From the NCBI GenBank assembly GCA_964366925.1, contig CAYIVX010000003.1, forward strand, positions 1 to 35,511: DNA of 35,511 bases. The letters are read 5' to 3'. The position numbers were made by a program, and so were the translations under genes. Shown here one piece after another: positions 1-7,831 of this stretch. The notes under the pieces are model-generated. The model was given only the letters and a program-made list of their open reading frames with translations. It was not told the DNA's origin and ran no database searches. Origin of the DNA: Candidatus Woesearchaeota archaeon. GTDB taxonomy: Archaea > Nanobdellota > Nanobdellia > Pacearchaeales > GW2011-AR1. Each line of letters begins with the position of its first letter. Position 1 is the stretch's first letter.

Positions 1-282
1 AATGAGTATGTTTTGCATACTGCTGCTCCTGGAAGTCCTTTTTGCAATATAAAATCAAACTCAAAGGATGTTTCAAAAGAAGATTTAAAAGAAGCAGCAA
101 TATTTTGTGCTAAATATAGTCAAGCTTGGAAAAAATCTACGGTAAAAAGAGATATTGAAGTTCATGTTTTTCTCGGTAAAGATATTTTTAAGCAAAAAGA
201 TATGAAGACTGGAACTTTTGGAGTTAAGAAGTTGAAGAAGATTATTGTTAAGAAAGACGATATTGAGAAGTTTGAGAAATAA
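1..282 (+). CDS. C-terminal fragment of an NFACT/FbpA-family (Rqc2-like) protein, DUF814/NFACT-R region; 5' end lies outside the window
   Basis: The frame is open from base 1 to the TAA at 280-282. HTAAPGSPFCNIK ... EAAIFCAKYSQAWK resembles the DUF814 signature (H-x4-GS-x-[FV]-x-IK ... A-x-YS-x-AW). Confidence 0.5.
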   Translation, partial: NEYVLHTAAPGSPFCNIKSNSKDVSKEDLKEAAIFCAKYSQAWKKSTVKRDIEVHVFLGKDIFKQKDMKTGTFGVKKLKKIIVKKDDIEKFEK

Positions 283-444
283 TTATTTTATTTAGACTTC
301 GTTAGTTTTCTACGATATTATTAATGTCACTAATTCGGGAGCATAAGTTTTGAGTAGAGGTAAGTTTTGGATTTAAGTTATTATTATAAGTTTTAATAAT
401 AGGTGTAAGCCTAACTTTAAAAAGCTAAAATAATTCTATTAAAT

Positions 445-693
445 ATGATTCAACTACAAATCGGAAAGAATGGATTGACGAAGGAATTTATCGAAAGTCT
501 AAAAAGCTTTTTTAAGAATACTGAGAATATAAGAATAAGTGTTCTTCAATCAGCTACGAGAGATAGGGCTAAATTGAAAGCAATGCAAGAAGAAATAATC
601 CTTGGTCTTGGTAAGAATTATACTAGCAAAATAATTGGTTGGACGATTGTTCTAAGAAAGTGGCGAGTGGGGAAGGATATGAGTGGGGCTTAA
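445..693 (+). CDS. CRM/YhbY-family RNA-binding protein
   Basis: IQLQIGKNGLTKEFIESL ... IRISVLQS ... IIGWTIVLRKWR follows the YhbY pattern (iGknGlt..v..ei ... ikvkvl ... iG.t.vlyr). Size is about 80 aa. Confidence 0.7.
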   Translation: MIQLQIGKNGLTKEFIESLKSFFKNTENIRISVLQSATRDRAKLKAMQEEIILGLGKNYTSKIIGWTIVLRKWRVGKDMSGA

Positions 694-777
694 TGAAGTC
701 TGTTACTCCTACTTAAGAACAACAAAACGAAACATTTAAATACTACCTTTTCTTTAATATTTTAACACCTCTTTTAT

Positions 778-830
778 CCCAAGGAGAGACAAAAGGTATA
801 CTATTTTGAATATCTGCGTCTCTTTTTGGG
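778..830 (+). promoter_or_regulatory. 13-bp leader stem-loop (CCCAAGGAGAGAC / GTCTCTTTTTGGG) between the TATA box and the start codon of ORF 852
   Basis: Arms at 778-790 and 818-830 pair at 13/13 positions if two G-U pairs are allowed on the + strand. TTTAAATA lies at 736-743. Confidence 0.45.
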
Positions 831-851
831 TTTATATTCAAACAATAAAAA

Positions 852-1097
852 ATGGAAACACAAACAAACGATAAAAAATCAGATTCAATGTTAGCTTTAG
901 TAACAGCAGTTCTTGGTGAAAATCATACTCCTGAAGACTTAGATAAGGTTAGACGTGGACTTGTAGCTCCATCTGAAGATCTTACTGGAGTTCTTGATAG
1001 AGCATATATACGGGCTCAAATTAAAACAGTAATTAGACCTCGATATCAAGCTCAACTTAGATCTCAGCCTCAAGATCAATACGCTACTGCTTATTAA
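852..1097 (+). CDS. hypothetical small protein (81 aa)
   Basis: ATG ORF preceded by a TATA-like TTTAAATA (736-743) and a leader hairpin (778-830). No family recognised. Confidence 0.4.
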   Translation: METQTNDKKSDSMLALVTAVLGENHTPEDLDKVRRGLVAPSEDLTGVLDRAYIRAQIKTVIRPRYQAQLRSQPQDQYATAY

Positions 1098-1162
1098 TTT
1101 CATAATAAAAAAGTTTAAGTAAACTTTAATTCTTTACGTCAAAGATAACTAAACAAACCCCC

Positions 1163-1193
1163 AATAGGCTCCTCTTGCTCGCCTATTTTCTTT
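1163..1193 (+). terminator. hairpin plus T-rich tail downstream of ORF 852 (terminator-like)
   Basis: AATAGGC (1163-1169) and GCCTATT (1181-1187) form a 7-bp inverted repeat followed by TTTCTTT. Confidence 0.3.
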
Positions 1194-1399
1194 AGATATT
1201 ATTAATAATTAATAGTAATAACCGAACATGTGCAGGTTATTAGAAGTCAAGAGTAGCAGTTATGTTAAGTTGGATAGTTTATTCATTCAAAAAGCAAAAC
1301 TATATATACTAGTGAATGCTTACAATATTAGATAAAAAAGAAGATATATTTTTTAGCGGAATATTTAACTTTAATTTGTTCGTGTTTACGAACTTGTAG

Positions 1400-1426
1400 A
1401 TTATGGTCATCCGCTTTTTTTCACAT
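1400..1426 (+). repeat. copy 1 of the ATTATGGTC...T-run...CACAT direct repeat
   Basis: attatggtcatccgctttttttcacat. A similar copy lies at 1485-1514 and a partial third at 1604-1612. Confidence 0.5.
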
Positions 1427-1484
1427 TTAATAAATTCAGAAAAAGATAAATTCTTTTAGGGCTTATTAGCTTTAATTCAGTTGA

Positions 1485-1514
1485 ATTATGGTCGCCCTTT
1501 TTTCATATTCACAT
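1485..1514 (+). repeat. copy 2 of the ATTATGGTC...T-run...CACAT direct repeat
   Basis: attatggtcgcccttttttcatattcacat. Confidence 0.5.
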
Positions 1515-1616
1515 ATATAATTAATCTTTATTCTGGTTTCTTATTCTTATAATGCTTTATTTGATTCTGAGCGAAAAGCTTATATATGGCTAAAAGCCAT
1601 AGTATTATGGTTAAAA

Positions 1617-2189
1617 ATGGCTAATGAAACAATAGAGATATTAAAGCTTTTAATGAACAATAAGGAAGAAACCTTTAGCATAAGAAAGATTTCTCAACTT
1701 AGAGATATAAACTACAAATCTGCCTATATTGCCTTAAAATTTCTTGCAAAAGAAAAAATTGTTGATTTAAAGAAAGTCGGCAATACTATTGCTTGCACCT
1801 TTAACAATAACTTTAATGATCTTGTTTTCAAGGCAGAATACTTGAGAAGAGAAGATTTATTCAAGAGTAAAGACTTTTTAATAATTTATAAAAGATTGTC
1901 TGAACTAAAATTCCCATTTATTGCTTTGCTTTTTGGCTCGTATGCTAAAGGAACAGCAAAACAACATTCAGATATCGATATACTAACTATTGGCGGAGAT
2001 GAAGATGAAATAGAAAAGACCATATCGCTCTTACCAGATAAGATTCATTTAACTCAGGTAAACTATGAAAGTTTTAGTAGAATGATTAAAAGCAAAGATA
2101 TGAGTGTAGTAAATGAAGCAATTAAAAAGAATATTATATTAATTGGAATAGAGGAGTATTATCGATTACTGGGTAATACAAAAACTTAA
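1617..2189 (+). CDS. minimal nucleotidyltransferase (MNT-like, Pol-beta superfamily) with an N-terminal winged-helix domain
   Basis: LFGSYAKGTAKQHSDIDILTI matches the GS-x9-11-DxD NT motif. The N-terminus (FSIRKISQLRDINYKSAYIALKFLAKEKIV) looks like a wHTH. Its stop is 1 nt from the start of the HEPN gene. Confidence 0.75.
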   Translation: MANETIEILKLLMNNKEETFSIRKISQLRDINYKSAYIALKFLAKEKIVDLKKVGNTIACTFNNNFNDLVFKAEYLRREDLFKSKDFLIIYKRLSELKFPFIALLFGSYAKGTAKQHSDIDILTIGGDEDEIEKTISLLPDKIHLTQVNYESFSRMIKSKDMSVVNEAIKKNIILIGIEEYYRLLGNTKT

Positions 2190-2190
2190 C

Positions 2191-2733
2191 ATGCTAGATA
2201 AAAAGACAATAGAAGAAGCAAGAACGAATGTTAGAAGATATCTAGACAGTGGACAATTATCACAAGAAAAATTTCAAGAAATAGTATCTCGGACATTAAT
2301 TGATAACTCTAGGGAAAGTTTAGAAACTGCTGATTTTTTAGCAAAAAATAATAAATCAAAACTTTGGATAATTGTTTGTTCTTATTATTCTATGTTTTAT
2401 ATTGCTAATGCTGTTTTATACAAATTAGGATATAAGGTAGGCGATCAAACACCTCATAAGGTGACAAGTGATGCCTTGATAGTCTATGTTAAAGATAAGC
2501 TGGGGGGTAGTTTACTTGAAAATTACCAAGAAATTAAAGAAGAAGCCTTGCTTCTTGCTCAAAATAAAGCAGAAGGATTAATAGAAAATTTTGATAAGGA
2601 AAGAGAAAAAAGAGGCAGAATTCAGTATAGAACTGAAGAAGTTGAAAAAACTGCAAAAGCTAATACTTCCTTGCAAAGAGCTAAAGAATTTGTCAAAGAA
2701 ATGGAAAAGCTTTTGATTGATTTAAACAAATAA
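2191..2733 (+). CDS. HEPN-domain protein, partner of the upstream nucleotidyltransferase
   Basis: Immediately follows the NT gene. All-helical sequence with SYYSMFYIANAVLYKLGYKVGDQTPHKVT, typical of PF05168-type HEPN. Confidence 0.65.
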   Translation: MLDKKTIEEARTNVRRYLDSGQLSQEKFQEIVSRTLIDNSRESLETADFLAKNNKSKLWIIVCSYYSMFYIANAVLYKLGYKVGDQTPHKVTSDALIVYVKDKLGGSLLENYQEIKEEALLLAQNKAEGLIENFDKEREKRGRIQYRTEEVEKTAKANTSLQRAKEFVKEMEKLLIDLNK

Positions 2734-2747
2734 AGAAAATTCCAGCA

Positions 2748-2828
2748 TTTTCTGTCTTTTAAAATCGAAAACTCTTGTTCCAAGAGTGCGGAGTATTAAA
2801 CCACGATTTTAAAATAAACAACAGAAAA
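2748..2828. repeat. 81-nt long imperfect inverted repeat; candidate structured RNA or miniature element
   Basis: TTTTCTGT (2748-2755) pairs with ACAGAAAA (2821-2828). TTTTAAAATCG (2757-2767) pairs with CGATTTTAAAA (2804-2814). Inner hairpin CTCTTG ttc CAAGAG at 2771-2785. Confidence 0.5.
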
Positions 2829-3069
2829 CTATAAAAACCAACAATGCCAATAATAATCATGAAAGCACAATCAAATATACAAATCATGACAAAAACTAGT
2901 TCAAAGCGTTATTTTTGTCAAACTAAAACTAGGATTTATCGGCACTAACCGAAACGATTTTTCTAGCCTGAGCTTTAATTCTAAAAACATTTGTTTACTA
3001 TCTTTAAATTACGAAAATGGTTTAACCGCTAGTCCCAATATTTATAAATTTGAAATCTGTATTGTTATT

Positions 3070-4128
3070 ATGCAAAAAAGGGTGTTTTTTCTGAAGGGAA
3101 ATCAGAAGAGATTTATAGAATCTATTAGAACTATTTCTAATCTTAGTTGGAGAGACTTATCTAAAAAATTGAATATAAAAGATGGTACACTCAAATCATA
3201 TACATTTGAATTAGCTTCTATTCCTTATGAAACCTTCAAACTTATGATTAATTTAATCGATGAAAAAGAAGTAGATATTCTGAAAAAATATAATGCAAGA
3301 ATTGATGATGAAATAATGTTTATTGGCAGAAAAGTTATTGGAGAACAAAAAAAGAAGTTTGGAAATATAGATATAACCTTTACAAATAAAAATCTGGATA
3401 TCGATACCTCTAAAGTTAATTATAGTTTGGTTGATAAAAAGAAAAATATAATACTACCTAATAAAATAACTCCGGAATTAGCAGAAGAAATCGGTATGCA
3501 TTATGGGGATGGTTTCCTTTCGGCTGAAAGATACGATTATAGACTAAAGGGCAATCAATATGATGAAATAAAATATTATCAAGAATATATCCTGCCTTTG
3601 TTCAATAAGTTATATAATATACAAGTAAACTTAAAAGATTTTAAAACAAGTTATGGTTTTGAGATTACATCTAAAGCTCTATGGCAATTTAAAACAAAGA
3701 TTATGGGAATAAAACCGGGAAATAAAGAGTATATCGTCTTTCCAGAGACCCTTAAGGTGAATAATGTAGAGATCTTAACTTCATTTTTAAGAGGATTATT
3801 TGATACGGATGGAAGTTTATACTTTAAAACAAGATATGGTTATAAAAAATATTATCCTGAAATAAAATTGGAATTATTTTCTAAACAATTAATTAAAGAA
3901 GTTGGTGAAATTCTTAATATGCTTGGATTAAATCCTAATGTTTATATTAAAGAAAATGCTGGAATAATTACACTAAATGGCATAGGTTGCCTTAAGAGAT
4001 ATGAGAACTTAATTGGTTGGAGTAGCCAAAAGAATTTAAATAAGCTAAATGACTGGAAAAATAGATATTCAGAACTAAATAATGGCGGTTGTCGTCCAAT
4101 GGTTAAGACGCGAGACTGTGGCTCTTGA
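3070..4128 (+). CDS. free-standing double-motif LAGLIDADG homing endonuclease with an N-terminal HTH-like region
   Basis: Two LAGLIDADG/DOD motifs: AEEIGMHYGDGFL and LTSFLRGLFDTDGSLYF. The last ~44 nt, including the stop codon, overlap tRNA-His. Confidence 0.8.
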   Translation: MQKRVFFLKGNQKRFIESIRTISNLSWRDLSKKLNIKDGTLKSYTFELASIPYETFKLMINLIDEKEVDILKKYNARIDDEIMFIGRKVIGEQKKKFGNIDITFTNKNLDIDTSKVNYSLVDKKKNIILPNKITPELAEEIGMHYGDGFLSAERYDYRLKGNQYDEIKYYQEYILPLFNKLYNIQVNLKDFKTSYGFEITSKALWQFKTKIMGIKPGNKEYIVFPETLKVNNVEILTSFLRGLFDTDGSLYFKTRYGYKKYYPEIKLELFSKQLIKEVGEILNMLGLNPNVYIKENAGIITLNGIGCLKRYENLIGWSSQKNLNKLNDWKNRYSELNNGGCRPMVKTRDCGS

Positions 4129-4156
4129 AACGAGGGTTCGATTCCCTCCTTCCGCT
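4084..4156 (+). tRNA. tRNA-His (anticodon GTG) with an encoded G-1
   Basis: Manual cloverleaf: G-1 / GCGGTTG / TC / GTCC-AATGGTTA-AGAC / G / CGAGA-CTGTGGC-TCTTG / AAAC / GAGGG-TTCGATT-CCCTC / CTTCCGC / T. Anticodon GTG at 4118-4120. The acceptor stem has two U-U mismatches (5:68, 6:67). Confidence 0.7.
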
Positions 4157-4204
4157 TAAGTTCTGGAATCGAATGATTAAAAAAGGTAGAGAATATAATT
4201 GAAC

Positions 4205-5371
4205 ATGGCAAATGAAACAGTAAAAGGGTTTGGAGATTATGTTGGAATAGAAGCTGTGCGAAGACAGCGAATAAAAGGCATACTTGCAAATATATTCAAA
4301 ACCTATGGTTTTGAATTAAGTGAGACGCCAATAATCGAATTTGAAGAATTTGTTCGTGGAGATAATGCTAATGATGAAGCTGTTTCTGATGTTTTCAGAT
4401 TGGAAGATAAGGGTAAAAGAAAACTGGCCTTGCGTTATGAATTTACTTTTCAATTAAAAAGAATTGCTAGCAATAAAAAACTTCCTTTTAAAAGATATCA
4501 GATTGGGGAAGTTTTTAGAGACGAGCCTACTACTGGGAATAGGTTTAGGCAATTTACACAATGTGATGTGGATATTGTTGGGAGTACTATTAAAGAAGAA
4601 GCAGAGATTCTTGCTGTAGCTTCTGAAATAATGAAAGAATTGGGAATAAAGGCATCTATTTATGTTAACAATAGAAAACTTCTTAATGAAATTATGGAAG
4701 AACAGAAGATAGCTGAAAAACTCAGAAAAGATGTTATTCGTGAAGTCGATAAATTAGATAAACTTTCTGAATCGGATGTAAGGAATAATTTGAAAAAATA
4801 TAAAGCTGAAAAAATTCTAGAGATTTTTAGCAAACCAGAAAAATATTTTGAAAAATATAAATCTTACGGAGAAGTAAAAGAGTTAGAAGAATATTGTAAA
4901 ATGTATGGTGTTAAAATTAATTTTCAACCTAGTTTAGCTCGCGGATTGAGTTATTATAATGGCAGTGTTTTTGAAGTTAAAACAAATGAAATGAAAGAAA
5001 CAATTTGTGGTGGTGGAAGTTATATGGTTAATGGAATACAAGCTTCTGGAATTAGTTTTGGATTAGAAAGATTATATCAGCTTGCAAAAGTAACTATTGA
5101 CGATAGAAAAGTTTTAATTATTTCTATCGGCAAGGATAAAGAAACATTAAAATTTGCTAGTGATTTACGAGAAAAAGGCATTGCCTGTATTGTTCTTTAT
5201 GGAAAGGTTTCAAAAGCATTGGATTATGCTAATTCCTACGGAATACCCTATGCAGTTTTTGTTGGTGAAGATGAAGTAAAGAAAAAGAAATTTTTATTAA
5301 AAAATATGAAAACAGGAAAAGAAGATTTATTAAGTTCTGAACAAATTATAAATAAGCTCTGTCAGTCTTAA
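4205..5371 (+). CDS. hisS: histidine--tRNA ligase (class II)
   Basis: FRDEPTTGNRFRQFTQCDVDIVG (motif 2), CGGGSY and GISFGLERL (motif 3), and a C-terminal anticodon-binding domain. ATG at 4205 is preferred over the TTG at 4199. Confidence 0.9.
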   Translation: MANETVKGFGDYVGIEAVRRQRIKGILANIFKTYGFELSETPIIEFEEFVRGDNANDEAVSDVFRLEDKGKRKLALRYEFTFQLKRIASNKKLPFKRYQIGEVFRDEPTTGNRFRQFTQCDVDIVGSTIKEEAEILAVASEIMKELGIKASIYVNNRKLLNEIMEEQKIAEKLRKDVIREVDKLDKLSESDVRNNLKKYKAEKILEIFSKPEKYFEKYKSYGEVKELEEYCKMYGVKINFQPSLARGLSYYNGSVFEVKTNEMKETICGGGSYMVNGIQASGISFGLERLYQLAKVTIDDRKVLIISIGKDKETLKFASDLREKGIACIVLYGKVSKALDYANSYGIPYAVFVGEDEVKKKKFLLKNMKTGKEDLLSSEQIINKLCQS

Positions 5372-5582
5372 TTCTAGAAGTTATTGCAGAACGTAAGGCA
5401 AGATAATTTACTATATGATCTCCTTTAGAGGGATCTATTGTTCTAGTATTGGCCCAAATATCTCTAAGTGCATCTATTTTGGCAATAGAATGATTCATTC
5501 TTTCTTCAACACTTATTGCTAGTGTTGGGTGATGGGCTGCACTACAATCTGCAGTTTCAGTTAAACAAGATTTAATGGTCAT
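5346..5582 (-). CDS. hypothetical small protein (78 aa)
   Basis: ATG ORF with a TATA-like CTTTAAAAAC about 30 nt upstream on the minus strand. Overlaps the hisS 3' end by 26 nt. No family recognised. Confidence 0.35.
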   Translation of the reverse strand: MTIKSCLTETADCSAAHHPTLAISVEERMNHSIAKIDALRDIWANTRTIDPSKGDHIVNYLALRSAITSRIKTDRAYL

Positions 5583-5907
5583 AGCGATTCAGAAATAATA
5601 GGGGTTTTTAAAGATTTATGTTCTTGTTTTTATTTTGGCTTCGCTTATAACTTAATTATTAATAATTCACCAGACCCAATTCTTACCGTTAGATATTGTA
5701 AGTGGGCCATTAATTTCTAAACTAAACTTACGGAATAATATTAAAACTGCACAAGTTCGTTTTAAACTATCTTTATTTAATAATGTCTTAAATCAAATTC
5801 AATTGTTCAGTCTTTCTTAGCTAATTCAAGCTCCAAACTTTTGCTTCCGATTGGGTTTATTAATAAATTTTTAAAGAATAGTGTTTACGAAACTAAAATT
5901 AAGAAAT

Positions 5908-6408
5908 TTATCTCTTACCCGTCATCGCTAAAAATGCTTTTGCTTGAGCTACGAATTCTTCCATCTCAAGAATTAATTTCATTTCATACTGCTCTACTCT
6001 TTCACGGATAAGATACTTATCATAAAGAGTTCTTAGAAATTTAAGGAAAGGGGTTTTGGTCCAAGTTTCAGCATAGTCTTTATGTAAAACACATTCAACT
6101 TCTATATCCATTGCACCTTTATTCATTTTTTGCTTTACACCATCAACATCAACATCAACACTGGTCATGCCCATGGGGTGGAATTTTACTTTTAAGTAGA
6201 ATCTAAAGTAATCTGATACTTTTCTTACAGCTTCCCATTCAACTTCTATTTCTTTAGCTCCGCCTGCTTGAAGAACTTCTTTATAGGATTTCTCATTAAC
6301 ATCATAATTATGGTCTATAAGCCATTCAAAAAGAATTCTATAGGTTTCTTTGAAATCGTAGAAACCATTATGTTTAATCTTTGTTTTAATAAGTCTATCG
6401 TATTCCAT
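5908..6408 (-). CDS. hypothetical protein (166 aa)
   Basis: Long ATG ORF with composition typical of the window. No family recognised. Confidence 0.5.
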   Translation of the reverse strand: MEYDRLIKTKIKHNGFYDFKETYRILFEWLIDHNYDVNEKSYKEVLQAGGAKEIEVEWEAVRKVSDYFRFYLKVKFHPMGMTSVDVDVDGVKQKMNKGAMDIEVECVLHKDYAETWTKTPFLKFLRTLYDKYLIRERVEQYEMKLILEMEEFVAQAKAFLAMTGKR

Positions 6409-6475
6409 TTTGCTCTTTTTTCTATATTTTTATATGCTAATTGGCTATTTAAATATTATGCCCGTTTTTTTAGAA

Positions 6476-7039
6476 TTATTTAAGCTCTTTACGCATATCT
6501 CTAATAATCGCCTCTTCTTCGTAAGTGTTTACATAGCCTATTCTGGGAAGATATGGTTCTATTTGAACGTTTCCTAAATCTAGATTAATCCCTGAATAAT
6601 TTTCATTTGGTGCAATAACTACAGATTTTTTAGAATAGATTTCATAATGATTGGGATTGCAACAGCATAATAATAGTGCAGAATATTTGCCATCATTTTT
6701 ATCAATCCATTTTTGTACTGAATAAGATTTATCTTTAGAATGAAACATCCAGAACCCCTCGTCTTCTTCTTCTTCGCCGTGGGCATTAAGTATACAAATC
6801 CGTTCGTTTAATCTTTGTTTTTGTCTATTTAAATTAACAAGAGTTCTATAATTTGGATTTTTATCTAAAAAGGTAGATATTATATCTTGAGTTATAATCT
6901 CTAACGCATATTTTTTGCATCGGACATTAAGTTTTTCTTGAACTAGTTCATCTCCTTCAAAATTATCTTTAGAGAAAGCTGCATCGGGTGTAAAGAAAAG
7001 ATCTGCGGCTTTTGCTTTATGAAATCTTAGATTCATCAT
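6476..7039 (-). CDS. hypothetical protein (187 aa)
   Basis: Long ORF preceded (minus strand) by the leader hairpin at 7059-7110. Confidence 0.5.
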   Translation of the reverse strand: MMNLRFHKAKAADLFFTPDAAFSKDNFEGDELVQEKLNVRCKKYALEIITQDIISTFLDKNPNYRTLVNLNRQKQRLNERICILNAHGEEEEDEGFWMFHSKDKSYSVQKWIDKNDGKYSALLLCCCNPNHYEIYSKKSVVIAPNENYSGINLDLGNVQIEPYLPRIGYVNTYEEEAIIRDMRKELK

Positions 7040-7058
7040 TATTTATTCTCTAATCACT

Positions 7059-7110
7059 GAAAGAAATCTGCAATATAAATGTTGCTGTTGTTCTACTGCA
7101 AATTTCTTTC
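7059..7110 (-). promoter_or_regulatory. 14-bp stem-loop in the leader/promoter of ORF 6476-7039
   Basis: GAAAGAAATCTGCA (7059-7072) and TGCAAATTTCTTTC (7097-7110) pair at 13/14 positions. The loop holds a TATA-like TTTATATT on the minus strand. Confidence 0.4.
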
Positions 7111-7118
7111 GGAGAATC

Positions 7119-7174
7119 CAAAAAACAATGCACCACCAATTAAAGTAGGGGTCTAATTGGCATTTGTTTTTTTG
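7119..7174 (+). promoter_or_regulatory. A-tract/T-tract long imperfect hairpin upstream of the thermosome operon
   Basis: CAAAAAACA-ATGC-...-CCAATTA (7119-7142) pairs with TAATTGG-GCAT-...-TGTTTTTTTG (7154-7174) with small bulges. Confidence 0.35.
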
Positions 7175-7246
7175 ATTTTTTAAGTTAAAAACCTTTGTAT
7201 ACTCTTATATCCAAATCTTTAAAAGAGAAAAAAAGGATTATATTAT

Positions 7247-7546
7247 ATGAAAAAAAGATATACGCATATGCGAGTAACAAGATTTGGTTTTAAAGAACTT
7301 CACGAGTCATTAGTAGAGCATAGTTATAGTGAAGAATTTATTAAAGGTTATTTTAATCTAAGAGATTCACTTTCTAAATTAAGATGGGATAAAAAAGCAT
7401 CTTTAGGAGATAGACTTCTTTGTATAAATCTAAAGACTATTGCTAGTTCTAATTTTCATCCCATGAGTAAAACTATGGATGATATGATGTATGAACTAGG
7501 TTCTAGATATGCTGAGCAATTAATAAATTCAGTATCAGTAGAATAA
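7247..7546 (+). CDS. hypothetical small protein (99 aa), first gene of the thermosome operon
   Basis: ATG ORF, 6 nt from the next ORF. No family recognised. Confidence 0.45.
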   Translation: MKKRYTHMRVTRFGFKELHESLVEHSYSEEFIKGYFNLRDSLSKLRWDKKASLGDRLLCINLKTIASSNFHPMSKTMDDMMYELGSRYAEQLINSVSVE

Positions 7547-7552
7547 AATAAT

Positions 7553-7831
7553 ATGGTAAAAAAACAAAAAAGACAAACTGATGAAAGCAGACTTGTTACA
7601 ATGAGTGAAGAAGAATTTTTAATGCTCTGGGATAGAATAAGTGAAGATCGTTCTGAATTTTTGAAAAATTATCACACTGTCTTAAATGGGAGATTTGATG
7701 TTGGTGGATTTAGTAGTCTTCCTATTTATTATTCTTTATTAAAAGAAATAGCTGGGTGTTATCCTCAAGATAATATAATGCAAGCAGGAGTCGAGAGAAT
7801 AGCTAAAATGTATCCTCGACTAAAAAAATGA
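7553..7831 (+). CDS. hypothetical small protein (92 aa), translationally coupled to the thermosome gene
   Basis: Its stop TGA overlaps the thermosome ATG (ATGA at 7828-7831). Confidence 0.45.
   Translation: MVKKQKRQTDESRLVTMSEEEFLMLWDRISEDRSEFLKNYHTVLNGRFDVGGFSSLPIYYSLLKEIAGCYPQDNIMQAGVERIAKMYPRLKK

Noticed and set aside
2748-2828. Reading the long hairpin as an archaeal H/ACA guide RNA, since ACA triplets follow the lower stem
   Set aside because: The pocket is highly asymmetric (4 nt versus 17 nt). The upper stem has a 3-nt loop with no K-turn or K-loop GA motifs.
3942-4289. 115-aa minus-strand ORF
   Set aside because: It lies antisense to the 3' end of the LAGLIDADG gene, the whole of tRNA-His and the hisS start. 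Its composition is low-complexity Phe/Leu-rich, typical of a shadow frame in AT-rich DNA.
6268-6483. 71-aa plus-strand ORF, and similar small shadows at 11911-12111(-), 16115-16327(-) and 33844-34035(-)
   Set aside because: Each lies antisense within a longer, better-supported ORF and has hydrophobic low-complexity composition.
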